DNA of 64,000 nt from the NCBI GenBank assembly GCA_964561995.1, contig CAZLQZ010000002.1, positions 38,442 through 102,441 of the forward strand, in the 5' to 3' direction. This document shows positions 1 to 9,078 of this stretch, in pieces. Position numbers and translations under genes: made by a program. The stretch comes from an uncultured Methanosarcinales archaeon. GTDB lineage: Archaea; Nanobdellota; Nanobdellia; Woesearchaeales; JABIAG01. The notes beneath the pieces were generated by a model, which worked only from the letters and a program-made list of their open reading frames with translations, was not told the DNA's origin and ran no database searches. Each line of letters opens with the position of its first letter. Positions within the stretch are counted from its first letter, which is position 1.

Positions 1-22
1 TATTTTTTTTAAAGATTTCATA

Positions 23-901
23 TTATTTATTTTTGTTCATATCTGCTAAGAATCCAAATAATATTACTTGTATTCCTGTAAGTATAAACACTGCAGATAG
101 AATTGTTCTTGGAATTCCTCCTACTCCTCCTGTATTAATTAAGGTTATTAAAATCCAAATCCCCAAAGCAAAACCTATTGTTAAAAAAAACATTCCTAAT
201 TGTCCAAAAAATTTTAAAGGTTCAAAATCTCTATAAATTCTTAAAATATTGATCCATGCTTTAAATGCATAATCTAATGGTCCATTAAATAATCTGCTGG
301 GTCTGGTTTTTCTTGTTGTAATTGGAATTTCGGTAATTTTTAATCTTTTTTTCCCTGCCCTTATTAATTGTTCTTGAGTATAAGTGAAATTATTAATTAA
401 GGGTAATTCTGCAACTTCTGTAGTAAATGCTCTAAATCCGGTTGTAGTATCTGTTAATTTCGTTTTCAATAATCCCGAAAAAACTTTTGCAAAAGCAATA
501 TTTCCAAATTTTTTCATAATTGAACCACTATAATCTCCTTTTCCAAATCTACTTCCTAAAACTAAATCATTACCTTCTTCTATTTTTTTAATCATTAAAG
601 GAATAAATTTTGCAGGATATTGTCCGTCTGCATCAGTATGAATTATAATGTTGGCTTTATGTTCAATACACTTTTGCATTTCATGTTTAAAAGTCTCTGC
701 TAATCCTAGGTTTCTTTTATTAGAATATACAATTGCGCCTGCTTTTTTTGCAACTTCTATGGTTTTGTCTTTACTTCCATCATTTAGAACTAATATTTTA
801 AAATCATAATCAGTTTCTAGCATGACATCTTTAATTTCCTTAATTACTGGACCTAGATGTTTTTCTTCGTTATATGCGGGTATTGAAATAATTATCTTCA
901 T
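23..901 (-). CDS. GT2 glycosyltransferase, dolichyl-phosphate sugar synthase-like, with a C-terminal TM region
   Basis: N-terminal IISIPAYNEE...LNDGSKD...DADGQ motifs typical of GT2/DPM1-like enzymes. Hydrophobic C-terminal tail. Confidence 0.7.
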   Translation of the reverse strand: MKIIISIPAYNEEKHLGPVIKEIKDVMLETDYDFKILVLNDGSKDKTIEVAKKAGAIVYSNKRNLGLAETFKHEMQKCIEHKANIIIHTDADGQYPAKFIPLMIKKIEEGNDLVLGSRFGKGDYSGSIMKKFGNIAFAKVFSGLLKTKLTDTTTGFRAFTTEVAELPLINNFTYTQEQLIRAGKKRLKITEIPITTRKTRPSRLFNGPLDYAFKAWINILRIYRDFEPLKFFGQLGMFFLTIGFALGIWILITLINTGGVGGIPRTILSAVFILTGIQVILFGFLADMNKNK

Positions 902-988
902 AATGTGAATAATAAAATGACTATATTTAAATAGCTTACTAATTTATATATAATATTATTGGATATAATTAACCCTGACGAGATTATA

Positions 989-1582
989 TTATTTTTTCAA
1001 AATAACTTCTACTTCATATTTTTTTAAAGGGAGTAGTTTATCTGAAAATTTTACAATTTTTTCTTTTAAATCTTTTTTCTTTTTTTCTTCTATTGTTGGT
1101 TTTCGCTCTATTTTGTGTTGTTTTCCCGAACCTTTTTCGAATTTAAATATTAAACTTCTTAATGGATTAATTCTGTTAACTTTTAATTTAAGCATTTTTG
1201 AAAAAGGCGGAATTCCCTCTCCATCGTAACTTGTACTTCTTTGAACAACAAAACAATGAAATGAAGTTTCATCAAAAAATCTTAAATGATATGGATTCTG
1301 AACAGATAATCCCCACGGTACTTTTATATGAAGTAACCCTTTATTTTTTAAAACTCTGAAAAAATCTCTCAGAATCATTAAATAGTTTGTACTAAAATCT
1401 TCTAGAACATGACTGCAATATATACCATCAATTGTATTATTTTCAAATGGTAATGGTGCCGGAAGTTCATGACATATGTTTGCTCCATTTTCTAAATGTC
1501 TATCAATATTTATCCATTTTTTTTCATTAGTTGATATTTTTATGTCTCTTCCTGAACCAACATTTAACCATATTTGAGTCAT
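989..1582 (-). CDS. putative SAM-dependent methyltransferase
   Basis: Short class I MTase-like protein (LEDFSTNYLMILRDFFRVLKNKGLLHIKVP). It overlaps the next gene by 4 nt, which suggests an operon. Confidence 0.4.
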   Translation of the reverse strand: MTQIWLNVGSGRDIKISTNEKKWINIDRHLENGANICHELPAPLPFENNTIDGIYCSHVLEDFSTNYLMILRDFFRVLKNKGLLHIKVPWGLSVQNPYHLRFFDETSFHCFVVQRSTSYDGEGIPPFSKMLKLKVNRINPLRSLIFKFEKGSGKQHKIERKPTIEEKKKKDLKEKIVKFSDKLLPLKKYEVEVILKK

Positions 1583-2352
1583 AATTTTACCACCATAACA
1601 TGTTTATCTAACAGCGGAATGAATGTTTCAGGTTTATCTTTGAAAAATTCTTCAAAAGCTTTAACAACTCCTTTTCCAACTGGAAAATCATGAGATAAAA
1701 TAACTCCCCCTTTAGACATTCTTGGATAAAAAAATTCAAGGCAGTCTTTTGCAGACCTATAAATATCAACATCAAAATGAACAAATGAAAACTTTTTATT
1801 ATTTATTGGTTTTGAAGTTTCTGGAAAAATTCCTTTATAGAAATAAACATTTTTATATTTTTTCAAGTATTTTTTAACTTCATTAAATGAGGCAGAGAAA
1901 TCGCCCTTTTTGAATTTATGAACTCCATCATATTTGAAATCAATAGAATCTGTTTCAGGTAAACCCTCGAAAGTATCAAATAAATGGAGTATTCTGTTTT
2001 CTTTCACTTTACAGATTACTTTTGCACTACTTCCACGATATACTCCTACTTCCGCAATATCTCCTCTTATTTTTTTGGTTGCTAAAGTAATTGTATATAC
2101 ATTATGTAAATCATTTACATTTAATGTAGTGACTCTTTCTTTCAATGCAATTTCTTCATAAATTTTTGCAAAATTTGGTTTTTGCAATAAGCTTGTAAGT
2201 GTCCATTTGTTATAATTCCATAAAACTTTTTGTATAAATTTTAGAGATTTTTCTTTAATCATAATTCTTAAAAAACAGGACTCTTTTTTAAAGTTTGTGG
2301 TACTATTGTTTGTGGATTTTTGGTTATATAATTTTTCAATTTTAAGATTCAC
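1579..2352 (-). CDS. TylF/MycF-like (macrocin O-methyltransferase family) sugar O-methyltransferase
   Basis: GDIAEVGVYRGSSA, DTFEGLPE and GGVILSHDF motifs resemble the TylF class I O-MT family. Confidence 0.55.
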   Translation of the reverse strand: MNLKIEKLYNQKSTNNSTTNFKKESCFLRIMIKEKSLKFIQKVLWNYNKWTLTSLLQKPNFAKIYEEIALKERVTTLNVNDLHNVYTITLATKKIRGDIAEVGVYRGSSAKVICKVKENRILHLFDTFEGLPETDSIDFKYDGVHKFKKGDFSASFNEVKKYLKKYKNVYFYKGIFPETSKPINNKKFSFVHFDVDIYRSAKDCLEFFYPRMSKGGVILSHDFPVGKGVVKAFEEFFKDKPETFIPLLDKHVMVVKL

Positions 2353-2386
2353 AAGTTTTAAAAACTAGTTAAAGTTTTACAATTTC

Positions 2387-3493
2387 ATGAAAGTAAATCA
2401 AAAATATTTCAGGACAATTTGGGTGAAAGAAGATGACAATAAAATTATTCAAATAATTGACCAAAGAAGTCTTCCTCACGATTTTATAATTGAAGATTTA
2501 ACAAATGTTGATGAAGTTGCAGTTGCAATTAAAGATATGCATGTCAGAGGTGCGGGATTAATTGGGGCTACTGCCGGTTATGGTATGTATGTTGCTTGTT
2601 TAGAAGCTTTAGAAAATGATTTTGAAAATCATATTGTAAAATTAGGTGAAAAATTAAAATCTACTCGGCCAACCGCAGTAAATCTTGCATGGGCAGTTGA
2701 TAGACAATTAAAAGCAATTAGTCATGGTAATTCAATTCAAGAAAAAATAAATATTGCATTTAATACTGCAAAAGATATCGCGGATGAAGATGCAGAGTTT
2801 TGTAGAAGGCTCGGAGAACATGGTTTTAAGGTTATTGAAGAAATAAGTAAAAGAAAAAATGGTGAAGTTGTAAATATTCTTACTCATTGTAATGCTGGAT
2901 GGTTGGCTTTTGTTGATTACGGTTCGGCTACTGCTCCAATTTATGCTGCTTTTGAGAAAGGAATAAAAGTTCACGTATGGGTTGATGAAACTCGTCCAAG
3001 AAATCAAGGTGCAAGACTTACTGCTTGGGAATTAGGACAACATGGAGTTTCCCATCATATTATTGCTGATAATGTAGGTGGACATTTAATGCAACATAAT
3101 TTGGTTGATATGGTGATTGTTGGAACCGATAGAACTACTTATACTGGAGATGTAGCAAATAAAATTGGAACTTATCTTAAAGCTTTAGCTGCTAAAGATA
3201 ATAATGTGCCATTTTATGTAGCTTTACCATCTTCAACTTTTGATTGGAAAATGAAAGATGGTGTTAAGGAAATACCTATTGAAGAACGTAACCAAGATGA
3301 AGTAAAATATATTCAAGGATTACATGATGGTAATATAAAAAAAGTTCTTTTAACTCCTGATAATAGTCCTGCTTCAAATCATGCTTTTGATGTAACTCCA
3401 GCAAGATTAGTAACTGGTTTAATTACTGAAAGAGGAATTTGTGAAGCAAATGAAGAATCAATAAAAGCATTATTTCCTGAAAAAAATGACTGA
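2387..3493 (+). CDS. eIF-2B alpha/beta/delta family isomerase (MtnA / ribose-1,5-bisphosphate isomerase-like)
   Basis: Conserved GAGLIGATAGYGMYVA and C-terminal AFDVTPA motifs of the e2b2/MtnA family. Length 368 aa. Confidence 0.7.
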   Translation: MKVNQKYFRTIWVKEDDNKIIQIIDQRSLPHDFIIEDLTNVDEVAVAIKDMHVRGAGLIGATAGYGMYVACLEALENDFENHIVKLGEKLKSTRPTAVNLAWAVDRQLKAISHGNSIQEKINIAFNTAKDIADEDAEFCRRLGEHGFKVIEEISKRKNGEVVNILTHCNAGWLAFVDYGSATAPIYAAFEKGIKVHVWVDETRPRNQGARLTAWELGQHGVSHHIIADNVGGHLMQHNLVDMVIVGTDRTTYTGDVANKIGTYLKALAAKDNNVPFYVALPSSTFDWKMKDGVKEIPIEERNQDEVKYIQGLHDGNIKKVLLTPDNSPASNHAFDVTPARLVTGLITERGICEANEESIKALFPEKND

Positions 3494-4469
3494 AATATTT
3501 TGTGATCAAATAAAAAAATATTTTAAATTTGTGATTAATTCTAATGAATTAGGTTTAAATGAAATTAAAATAATAGATGTTAAATTTTTAGCAAGAGGTG
3601 CTTCTAATCTCAATTATATTGTAAATGTAGATAATAAAAAATTTGTTTTTAGGATGAATATTTTACAACAGAGTTCATTTAAAAATCAACTAAAAAGAGA
3701 ATTTGATATTTTAAAATATCTTGAAAATGAAAATATCAGTCCTAAAGCTTTCATATTAGATGAATCTAATTCTTTTTTCAAACATGATTTAATTATAATT
3801 GAATATATTGAAGGAAGTAAAATTAAACCAAATTTTGATTCTTTATCTAGAACAGCTAAAACATTAAGAAAGTTACATAAAATGCCAATTAAACAAGAAT
3901 TGAATTTAAAAAAAGGTGGATATCAAAATGATTTAAAAGAAATTGAGGAAGTAATTGTTCAATATCAAAATAAAAACAATTTTAATTTAGAATTTTTAGA
4001 AAAGATTAAACGTTTTTATGAAAAAATAAAACAACAAGTTAATAATTTAAATATTGAATCTTTTTGTATAATTCATAGAGATTTAGTTGGTTCTAACGGA
4101 ATTGATGATGAAAATGTTGTTAAATTAATTGATTGGGAAGTTCAAAAAATTGATGAATGTTTTATGGATTTTGGTGTTTTTTTATCACCTGCTAATACAT
4201 TATGGGATTTTGGCAGGATTTTATCTGAAAAAGAAGAAATGCATTTTTTGAAATCTTATTTTGAGAGAAATCCAAACTCTGAAGAATTGAAAAAAACAAA
4301 ATTAAGAAAAATTTTAGCAAGTATATTTTTGGCAATTTGGATAGAAAATAAATTATTAGATATTCAAAATGATGAAATGCCTAAAGAAATGTATGATGAA
4401 GATGTTATTAATAGATGGACTCGTTCAAAAGATGGAGTTATGGAATATTTAAAAGAAAAATTAAATTAA
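3486..4469 (+). CDS. APH/choline-kinase family small-molecule kinase (candidate LicA-like or MtnK-like)
   Basis: Brenner-type motif IIHRDLVGSNGI followed by a LIDWE motif, as in ChoK/APH kinases. It overlaps the upstream isomerase gene by 8 nt. Confidence 0.5.
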   Translation: MTEIFCDQIKKYFKFVINSNELGLNEIKIIDVKFLARGASNLNYIVNVDNKKFVFRMNILQQSSFKNQLKREFDILKYLENENISPKAFILDESNSFFKHDLIIIEYIEGSKIKPNFDSLSRTAKTLRKLHKMPIKQELNLKKGGYQNDLKEIEEVIVQYQNKNNFNLEFLEKIKRFYEKIKQQVNNLNIESFCIIHRDLVGSNGIDDENVVKLIDWEVQKIDECFMDFGVFLSPANTLWDFGRILSEKEEMHFLKSYFERNPNSEELKKTKLRKILASIFLAIWIENKLLDIQNDEMPKEMYDEDVINRWTRSKDGVMEYLKEKLN

Positions 4470-6331
4470 TATTCTACAGGTTTTTCTTCAACAATCTCTT
4501 TAAGATTTTTGCAGAATTCAATAATGTCTTTTTCTGTTAGAGTTCCAATATTTGCAAAATGTAAAACTTTACCAAGTAATGGTCCTTTTCCAGGATAAAA
4601 AATATAACCTCTTTCTTTTAATTTGTCATGAAATTCTTTAAAAGTATAATTATTTGGTGTAAGAACATTAACCATTAAATTAGACATTTCTTGTTCTTTT
4701 AATTGAAATTTAAAACCCATTTCTTTAAATCTTTTTTTTAATAAATCACCATTATTTTTGTATCTTTTCCATCTATTTTCTAATCCTTCTTTTATTAATT
4801 GATTTAATGCTTCATCAAGCATATAAAACAAAGGAATTTGGGGTGTAAATGGTGTTTGATTCTCTTTATCACTATATTTAATATATTTAAAAAAATCAAG
4901 ATAATATGATCTTGGTTTTACATCTTTACTTTTTTCAATAATTGATTTTTTATAACATATTATTCCTAAAACTGGTAATCCTCCAAGACATTTGTTAGTA
5001 TTTGTTAAACAATAATCAACATTGTCTTTAACCATGTCTAATGGTTCTCCACCTAATGCACTTATTGCGTCTACAATAAAACTTTTATCATATTTTTTGC
5101 AAAGTTCTCCTGTTTCACGAACGGGATTAAGCATTCCTGTTGATGTTTCCATTAAAACCATTGAAACTGCTTCAATTGTTGGGTCTTCTTTTAATCTTGC
5201 TTCAATTTCATCTAATTTAGGAAATTCGCCCCATTCATAATGTAAGTAAGACGTAGTTAATCCATGCAATTCACAAATTTCATTTATTCTTTCACCAAAT
5301 GCTCCATTTGCAACAACTAATAATTTTTTATCATCATGCAATATTGAAGATAATAGTGTCTCTGTTGCAGATGTTCCAGAACCACCAATAACTACTGCCG
5401 AATAATTTTTTTCATTTCCTCTAAAAACTTTAATTAATTTTTCTCTTACATTTTTGAATAAGTTTGAAAATTCAGGTTCTCTATGACCTATTTCGCTATA
5501 AACTGTTGCTTTTTTAACTTCTTCTGAAACATTAACTGGACCTGCAACAAACATTCTGTACCCTTGTTGTTCAATATTTTCATCTGTTTTATTATTTAAT
5601 AAATTTAGTTCTTTAAGTTTTTTTATGTCTTGTTCATCATCAACATCAAAACAAAATTTTAAACTTTTTGGAATTGTTAAATTGTAAAATCCTTGATCGT
5701 CAATCATATTTATTAAAGTTAAAGTATACCAACCTTTTAGTGCTGCAGGATTGCTTAAGTTGTCCCTTAATTTTTTGGCTTCTTTTCCTTTAATTTTCAT
5801 AATGCCCATATAGGTGTGAAGTTTTTTGTTTTTATAATCTGGATTTAGCGGTTGTCCTTTTATTGGAATTGTCATTTTAATAATCAAGGAAGTGTCATCT
5901 ACTAAAATAATCTCGTCTTCAAATTTAGGTTTAAATTCAACTTCTTTAGTTACTAAAATATTTTCTTTTTTAGAATTCATTAGTTCTTGTATTAATTCTT
6001 CATCATAAACTAAATCTCCATCACAAATCAATATTTCTTCATCTTCTTTTAATTCTGAGTTTAATTTTTCTAATCCTAAATATACACTGTATGCATTACC
6101 CAATTCTTCATATTTATTGTTAATAATTATATTATTGTGAATTTTTTTAATTAATTCATTTTTATAGCCAGCAATAACAAAAATATTTTCATCTTTCAAA
6201 CCCGCTTTTTTAAGTGCATCAATTTGTCTTTCTAAAATTGTTTTAGAACCTACTTTTAAAAGAGTTTTTGGAACATCAAGTACATTTTTCAATTCATAAT
6301 CACGACCTGCTGCTAAAATAATTGCTTTCAT
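4466..6331 (-). CDS. bifunctional fusion: N-terminal LicC-like nucleotidyl(cytidylyl)transferase plus C-terminal class V aminotransferase
   Basis: N-terminus MKAIILAAGRDYELKNVLDVPKTLLKVG (MobA/LicC-like NTP-transferase). The C-terminal ~360 aa have a class V aminotransferase fold (GGSGTSATETLL, TGMLNPV). Length 621 aa. Confidence 0.6.
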   Translation of the reverse strand: MKAIILAAGRDYELKNVLDVPKTLLKVGSKTILERQIDALKKAGLKDENIFVIAGYKNELIKKIHNNIIINNKYEELGNAYSVYLGLEKLNSELKEDEEILICDGDLVYDEELIQELMNSKKENILVTKEVEFKPKFEDEIILVDDTSLIIKMTIPIKGQPLNPDYKNKKLHTYMGIMKIKGKEAKKLRDNLSNPAALKGWYTLTLINMIDDQGFYNLTIPKSLKFCFDVDDEQDIKKLKELNLLNNKTDENIEQQGYRMFVAGPVNVSEEVKKATVYSEIGHREPEFSNLFKNVREKLIKVFRGNEKNYSAVVIGGSGTSATETLLSSILHDDKKLLVVANGAFGERINEICELHGLTTSYLHYEWGEFPKLDEIEARLKEDPTIEAVSMVLMETSTGMLNPVRETGELCKKYDKSFIVDAISALGGEPLDMVKDNVDYCLTNTNKCLGGLPVLGIICYKKSIIEKSKDVKPRSYYLDFFKYIKYSDKENQTPFTPQIPLFYMLDEALNQLIKEGLENRWKRYKNNGDLLKKRFKEMGFKFQLKEQEMSNLMVNVLTPNNYTFKEFHDKLKERGYIFYPGKGPLLGKVLHFANIGTLTEKDIIEFCKNLKEIVEEKPVEY

Positions 6332-7071
6332 TTTGCTTCCTCATTAATACTTTTTAATCTTTCACAATCTTCCGGATTATCAATATCAAAACAGAATTTT
6401 AAACCATCTGGAATTTCTACACTATAAAATTCTCCGTTGTTTACAATATCTACTAATGGAATTGTATACCATCCTTTTTGCATTTCTGAAGTTGATAAAT
6501 CATTTTTCAATTTGATTGCATTATTTTTAGAAATTCCTAAAATACCAATATAAGTATAGAGTTGTTTTTCTTGCCATATTCCTTCTAAATTTATTCCCTT
6601 AGTTGGTATTGTCATTTTAATTATTTTTTTGTTTTCATCAATAATCATTGTTTCATCTTTTAACTTTGAAGAAAAATCAATTTTTTTAGTAACTATTATG
6701 TCTTTTTTATTTGAATTCATAATCTGTTTAATTAATTCATCATCATAAACCAAGTCACCATCAAAAATTAAAACGCTTTCATCTTTATTCATTTTGTCAG
6801 TTATGAAATTAAGTGCAAGGTAAACGCTGTATGCATTATCAAATTCCATAAATTTTTCATTATAAATTATCTTATCATGAACAGCTTCAATTAATTCTCG
6901 TTTATAACCACTAATTACATAAATCTCTTCTTTTTTTAATCCTGCATTTTTTAATGCTTGAATCTGTTTTTCAAGAATTGTTGTTTCGCCTATTTTTAAT
7001 AATGTTTTAGGAACATCAATTATTCCTTGTAATCTTCTATTATATCCTGCTGCTAAAATTACTGCTTTCAT
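6328..7071 (-). CDS. LicC-like nucleotidyltransferase (paralog of the N-terminal domain of the preceding fusion)
   Basis: MKAVILAAGYNRRLQGIIDVPKTLLKIG is about 55% identical by eye to the fusion N-terminus. It overlaps the fusion gene by 4 nt. Confidence 0.6.
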   Translation of the reverse strand: MKAVILAAGYNRRLQGIIDVPKTLLKIGETTILEKQIQALKNAGLKKEEIYVISGYKRELIEAVHDKIIYNEKFMEFDNAYSVYLALNFITDKMNKDESVLIFDGDLVYDDELIKQIMNSNKKDIIVTKKIDFSSKLKDETMIIDENKKIIKMTIPTKGINLEGIWQEKQLYTYIGILGISKNNAIKLKNDLSTSEMQKGWYTIPLVDIVNNGEFYSVEIPDGLKFCFDIDNPEDCERLKSINEEAK

Positions 7072-7164
7072 ATATTAAAATAACTTTACTTCTTTTTTAA
7101 ATCTTATGAATTTCTTATCTAGAAATGGGAAAATTATATAAATGGAATTATGTTTTGAATAAAT
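7072..7164. promoter_or_regulatory. divergent intergenic promoter region with a TATA-like element (ttatataaat)
   Basis: 93-bp AT-rich spacer between divergently transcribed genes, containing TTATATAAAT. Confidence 0.3.
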
Positions 7165-9078
7165 ATGTTTATTTCAATAATATTATTTTTTGTATATTGT
7201 TTTGGGTTTGGACATAGTCTTTCTCTTTTTATTAAAGAATGGAATGCTTCTTTTTTTGAAAAAGTTATTATGAAAATTGGTTTTGGATTAGCACTTATAA
7301 CACCAGTTGCAATAATGATTAATCTCTTTAAGTTACCTGTGTTATGGTGGATATTTTTAATATTATCTTTAATTGGACCAATTTATTCATTTAGATCTGG
7401 AATTAAAATACCTAAAATTAAGTTTAAAAAATCTGATATGTATTTAATTTTTGTATTAATTATTTTTGTTTTTTCATTATATATGTATATGGGTGGAGCA
7501 TTATCTCATCCTTGGTTAAGTGATGGAGATTCATGGCAACATGCAACTTCAATTAAATATATTGCTTCTGAAAAAACTGTTTTTGCTCCAGAAGGACAGG
7601 AGACTGTATTTAGATATTTAGATACTTATCCTCCTGGATATGGTGCTGTACTTGCAATTCTTTATCAGACTGTTGGTAGTTTAATTCCAACAATCAAAGT
7701 ATTTAATGCATTAATAATTTCTTTGGGTTATTTATTTTTCTTTTTTTTCTTTAAATCTTTTATGAAGAGTAATAAAAAAGCTTTAATGGCCACATTTATT
7801 TTAGCAATGGTTCCTTCTTTTGTAAGTAGATTTATTTGGGCTCATTCATTAGTCATCACCTTACTTCCTGTATTTTTATATGCATTGGTTAAAATTGAAG
7901 ATAATAAACGATGGGCAATTATTGCAGGAATTGTTTTTGGATGTACCACTTTAATACAACCTACTCAGCCAGTTAAGTTTTTTGTGATGTTTTTAATTTT
8001 CATTTCTATAAAATTATTTAAAGATAAAAATCTTTTAAAACCATATCTTATTGTTTTACTTTTTACCATTATTTTTTCTCTTTTTTGGTGGGGACCTATG
8101 GTGGTCAAATATCAAGATGACTTCTTTTTTGAGTTTATGGGTGGACAACAATCTTTTTACAAAGAGGATGGCACTAGAGGGAGTAAACCTTATATTGGTG
8201 GGTTAGGAACTGCAACTAGAATGTATTATTTCGATGATTTTTTTACCGCAAAAAGTCAAAATCAGATAAACAATCCAGTAGGTTGGGGTTCTATAGTTAG
8301 TATTTTATTTGCTTTTGGTTTGATTTCTTTATTTTTTAATTATAAAAAATTAAAACCTAAAAAAGCAAATTGGAGATTGATTTCTTTATTTTGGTTTGTT
8401 TTTACTTTTGCAGGACTTTATGGTGGTACTGTTTTCCCTATTGCTTTGGTTTCATTTAGATTTTGGACTTTAGTTAGTATTCCCATGGCTTTATTAGCTG
8501 TTGAAGGAATGTGGTTTTTGATTAATTTGGGTAAAAAAATTAATATTCCAGCATTTATTATTTTAATAATTGTATTATTAGGAGTTTTTGTTACTTCAGG
8601 TGTTGCAAAATTTGAATTAAACACTATGCAATGGGCACCAGAGGGAGCCCATATGCAATTTGGTCAGAGTGAAGCTTATTCTTGGATGTCTGAACTTCCA
8701 AAAGAAACTAAATTTTTCTATCCTTGTCATTGGGAAAAATTTGGTGATTTTACTGTTATTGCTTATGACTTATATGCTTGTCCTTGGTGTGATGAGGAAA
8801 TCAAATTTAGGGAAAAATTATTTAATGCAAATTATAGTATAGACCCTGTAGATTTAAGAAATTGGTTGGTTAAAAATAATTATGAATATTTTATGATTGA
8901 GGGTAATTGTATTGATGCAATGTCTCGACATGTTTTAAATGCTTATAATATCACAGATCCAGTATTAAGAAAGAAAGCAGGTCTTGATGCCACAAATCAG
9001 TTTTTAACAAATGTTTCTGCATCAGGATTGTTTACTCTATCTCATCAAACACAAGGCAGTTGGATATGGCGAATATAG
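7165..9078 (+). CDS. large polytopic membrane protein, GT-C-fold glycosyltransferase-like
   Basis: About 13 predicted TM helices followed by a Cys/Trp-rich soluble C-terminal domain. It lies inside the glycosylation cluster. Confidence 0.35.
   Translation: MFISIILFFVYCFGFGHSLSLFIKEWNASFFEKVIMKIGFGLALITPVAIMINLFKLPVLWWIFLILSLIGPIYSFRSGIKIPKIKFKKSDMYLIFVLIIFVFSLYMYMGGALSHPWLSDGDSWQHATSIKYIASEKTVFAPEGQETVFRYLDTYPPGYGAVLAILYQTVGSLIPTIKVFNALIISLGYLFFFFFFKSFMKSNKKALMATFILAMVPSFVSRFIWAHSLVITLLPVFLYALVKIEDNKRWAIIAGIVFGCTTLIQPTQPVKFFVMFLIFISIKLFKDKNLLKPYLIVLLFTIIFSLFWWGPMVVKYQDDFFFEFMGGQQSFYKEDGTRGSKPYIGGLGTATRMYYFDDFFTAKSQNQINNPVGWGSIVSILFAFGLISLFFNYKKLKPKKANWRLISLFWFVFTFAGLYGGTVFPIALVSFRFWTLVSIPMALLAVEGMWFLINLGKKINIPAFIILIIVLLGVFVTSGVAKFELNTMQWAPEGAHMQFGQSEAYSWMSELPKETKFFYPCHWEKFGDFTVIAYDLYACPWCDEEIKFREKLFNANYSIDPVDLRNWLVKNNYEYFMIEGNCIDAMSRHVLNAYNITDPVLRKKAGLDATNQFLTNVSASGLFTLSHQTQGSWIWRI

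Noticed and set aside
2732-3007. Small antisense or overlapping ORFs in the six-frame track (e.g. 33-236, 1934-2161, 2732-3007, 5022-5240, 8418-8842, 15916-16176, 16435-16806, 29484-30383, 31949-32631, 40297-40599, 42398-42819, 45162-45353, 51457-52245, 53059-53262, 54191-54412, 61166-61378, 62032-62283, 63135-63326)
   Set aside because: They lie entirely within, and antisense or out of frame to, long well-supported genes. They have low-complexity, AT-driven composition and no motifs, so they are shadow ORFs.
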